A DNA stretch of 64,000 nucleotides from the NCBI RefSeq assembly GCF_036321535.1, contig NC_087436.1, forward strand, positions 23,934,001 to 23,998,000. Reading direction: 5' to 3'. Each line of letters starts with the position of its first letter. The first letter of the stretch is position 1. Shown here one piece after another: positions 62,228-64,000 of this stretch. This DNA is from Camelus dromedarius. Lineage: Eukaryota. The notes beneath the pieces are model-generated. The model worked only from the letters and a program-made list of their open reading frames with translations. It did no database searches and was not told the DNA's origin. Position numbers and translations under genes: made by a program.

Positions 62228-63225
62228 GGTCTCCCCAGGATATAGCAGCCGTGAGAAGCCAGGCAGCTCTCCAGAGCATGCGAACTTCACGGTTGATGGC
62301 ACAGAACGCAGGCATGATGGGAATGGGACCCTCCCAGAACCCAGGAACAATGGTCACAGCAGCAGCCCAGTCAGAGATGGGACTGGTCTCTTATAGCTCC
62401 ACGCCTCCCAGCCAACCGGGAATGTACAGTATGAGCACAGGAATGACCCAAATGTTGCAGCACCCAAACCAAAGTGGCATGAGTCTCACCCACAACCAAG
62501 CCCAGGGGCCGAGGCAGCCCACCTCGGGGCAAGGGGTCGGGATGGTGAGTGGTTTTGGCCAGGGCATGCTGGTGAACTCAGCCATGACCCAGCAGCACCA
62601 GCAGATGAAGGGGCCGGTCGGCCAGGCCTTGCCCAGGCCCCAGGGCCCACCGAGGCTGCAGAGCATTATGGGAACGGTCCAGCAGGGAACACAGAGCTGG
62701 CAACAGAGGAGCTTACAGGGGATGCCCGGGAGGACTAGTGGAGAATTAGCATCATTCAACAACGGTGCCAGCTACCCACTGCAAGCCGGCCAGCCGAGGC
62801 TGACCAAGCAACACTTCCCACAGGGACTGAGCCAGGTCGTGGATGCCAACACTGGAGCAGTGAGAACCCTCAACCCGGCTGCCATGGGTCGGCAGATTAT
62901 GCCACCGCTCCCAGGGCAGCAGGGCCCCAGCCAGGCCAGGCCGATGGTCATGTCTGGCCTAAGCCAGGGTGTGCCCGGCCTGCCCGCATTTAGCCAGCCC
63001 CCAGCACAGCAGCAGATGCCCAGCGGCAGCTTTGCGCCAAGCAGCCAGAGCCAAGCCTACGAGCGGAACCCCCCTCAGGACATGTCATACAATTACAGTG
63101 GGGACGCAGCAGGGGCTTCCTTCCCCGGCCTCTCAGACAGTGCAGATCTCGTGGACTCCATCATCAAAGGTGGGCCGGGGGACGAGTGGATGCAGGAGCT
63201 CGATGAATTGTTTGGAAACCCCTAG
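62228..63225 (+). CDS. MAML3: MAML3 last coding exon (probably exon 5): Q/G/M/P-rich region and C-terminal acidic motif, stop TAG 63223-63225
   Basis: tccttttctccctgcag acceptor (AG 62226-62227); longest ORF in the window (62206..63225); C-terminus SADLVDSIIKGGPGDEWMQELDELFGNP recognised as MAML3. Confidence 0.96.
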
Positions 63226-64000
63226 TCAAGAGGGGCCTGCAGGAGCCACAGCGCTAGTGGTTAAAGCTTCAACCACAAAAAACAGGATGTTGACTCATCC
63301 TTGTTTTTTTTGTTTTTTTGACCCACGTAAACTGAGCAAAACTGCAGCCAGCTGACAGTGGAAGATCCAGGTACCAATCCACAGCCCCAGTGGGCCTCAT
63401 TTCACCTGACCTTCACACAGCAGTCAAGACGAGACACCCTGCGGACCCTGTGAGAGAGGGAGGCGCACCTGAGGCAGATGGGGGAGATGATTCTGCAGCC
63501 CCTCTGCCGGGCCCTCCCTGTGATCACCCGGCCCAGTGTGAGCCGCTCCAGCCAAGACCAACTGCTGCCCAGCACAAGGTGGCCATCAGCCCCTCCTGGT
63601 CCAGAACCGGAGGCTGCAGCTTTGGAGACACGAAGGAAAGAGCCTCAGGCTGGGGGAAGTTTCATGAAGGCTTCTGGGTGGTTGCACAGGCCAAGAGTGC
63701 ACGTCAGAAATGCTGAACTCTGGTTGCAAAGAGATGTCCGGCTTCAAGACATGCTACTGTGTTGGGAAGGGAGGCACCAAGAATAGTGAGATGTCACAGG
63801 AAGACAACACAGGATCCTACAGGCCTGTCTTCTGCCCTCAATGACCCTCAGGAAGTTTAGAGACATTGCCTCCCAAGGACAGCCAAGCGAGCTTGGAGAA
63901 GGGTCCTCGCAGCCCTGGGCGGGCGGCCTTCTGCTGGTGACCGTGGTGACCGTCACTCTGGGGAGTTGGGCTGGAGCCTGTGGGGGCCCAGTATGACCCG
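63226..64000 (+). other. MAML3: MAML3 3' UTR (start; runs beyond the window)
   Basis: Follows the stop codon; U-rich tract at 63301-63320; no AATAAA noticed before the window end. Confidence 0.85.

Noticed and set aside
40000..64000. Overlapping antisense exon of a neighbouring gene (MGST2 lies next to MAML3 in human, from memory)
   Set aside because: No MGST2-like coding sequence is visible in this window, so it cannot be supported.

Overview
Mammalian genomic DNA, most likely a camelid (camel/alpaca/llama), judged from four copies of a tRNA-Ala-derived SINE resembling the camelid vic-1 family. The window holds the 3' part of the Notch co-activator gene MAML3 on the + strand: about 54.6 kb of a long intron, three coding exons (54628-54873, 58899-58983, 62228-63225) that splice in frame and end in ...GPGDEWMQELDELFGNP*, and the start of the 3' UTR. 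Exon numbers 3-5 are recalled from the human gene. The intron carries old repeats (L2, CR1/L3, MIR, L1M, MLT1, MER2/3/5, Tigger), a solo ERV LTR, microsatellites and an intragenic CpG island (~48.9-50.2 kb). Nearly all other ORFs in the track are chance ORFs. I see no new multi-gene system. The best leads are (i) a 282-bp retroposed insert with a perfect 14-bp target-site duplication just upstream of exon 3, joining an unrecognised polyadenylated 3' end to an oppositely oriented L1 piece, (ii) a possible internal promoter for an N-terminally truncated MAML3, and (iii) several alternative-splicing options. Repeat family names come from recalled consensus sequences, not a search, and repeat boundaries are approximate unless TSDs or TIRs are quoted.
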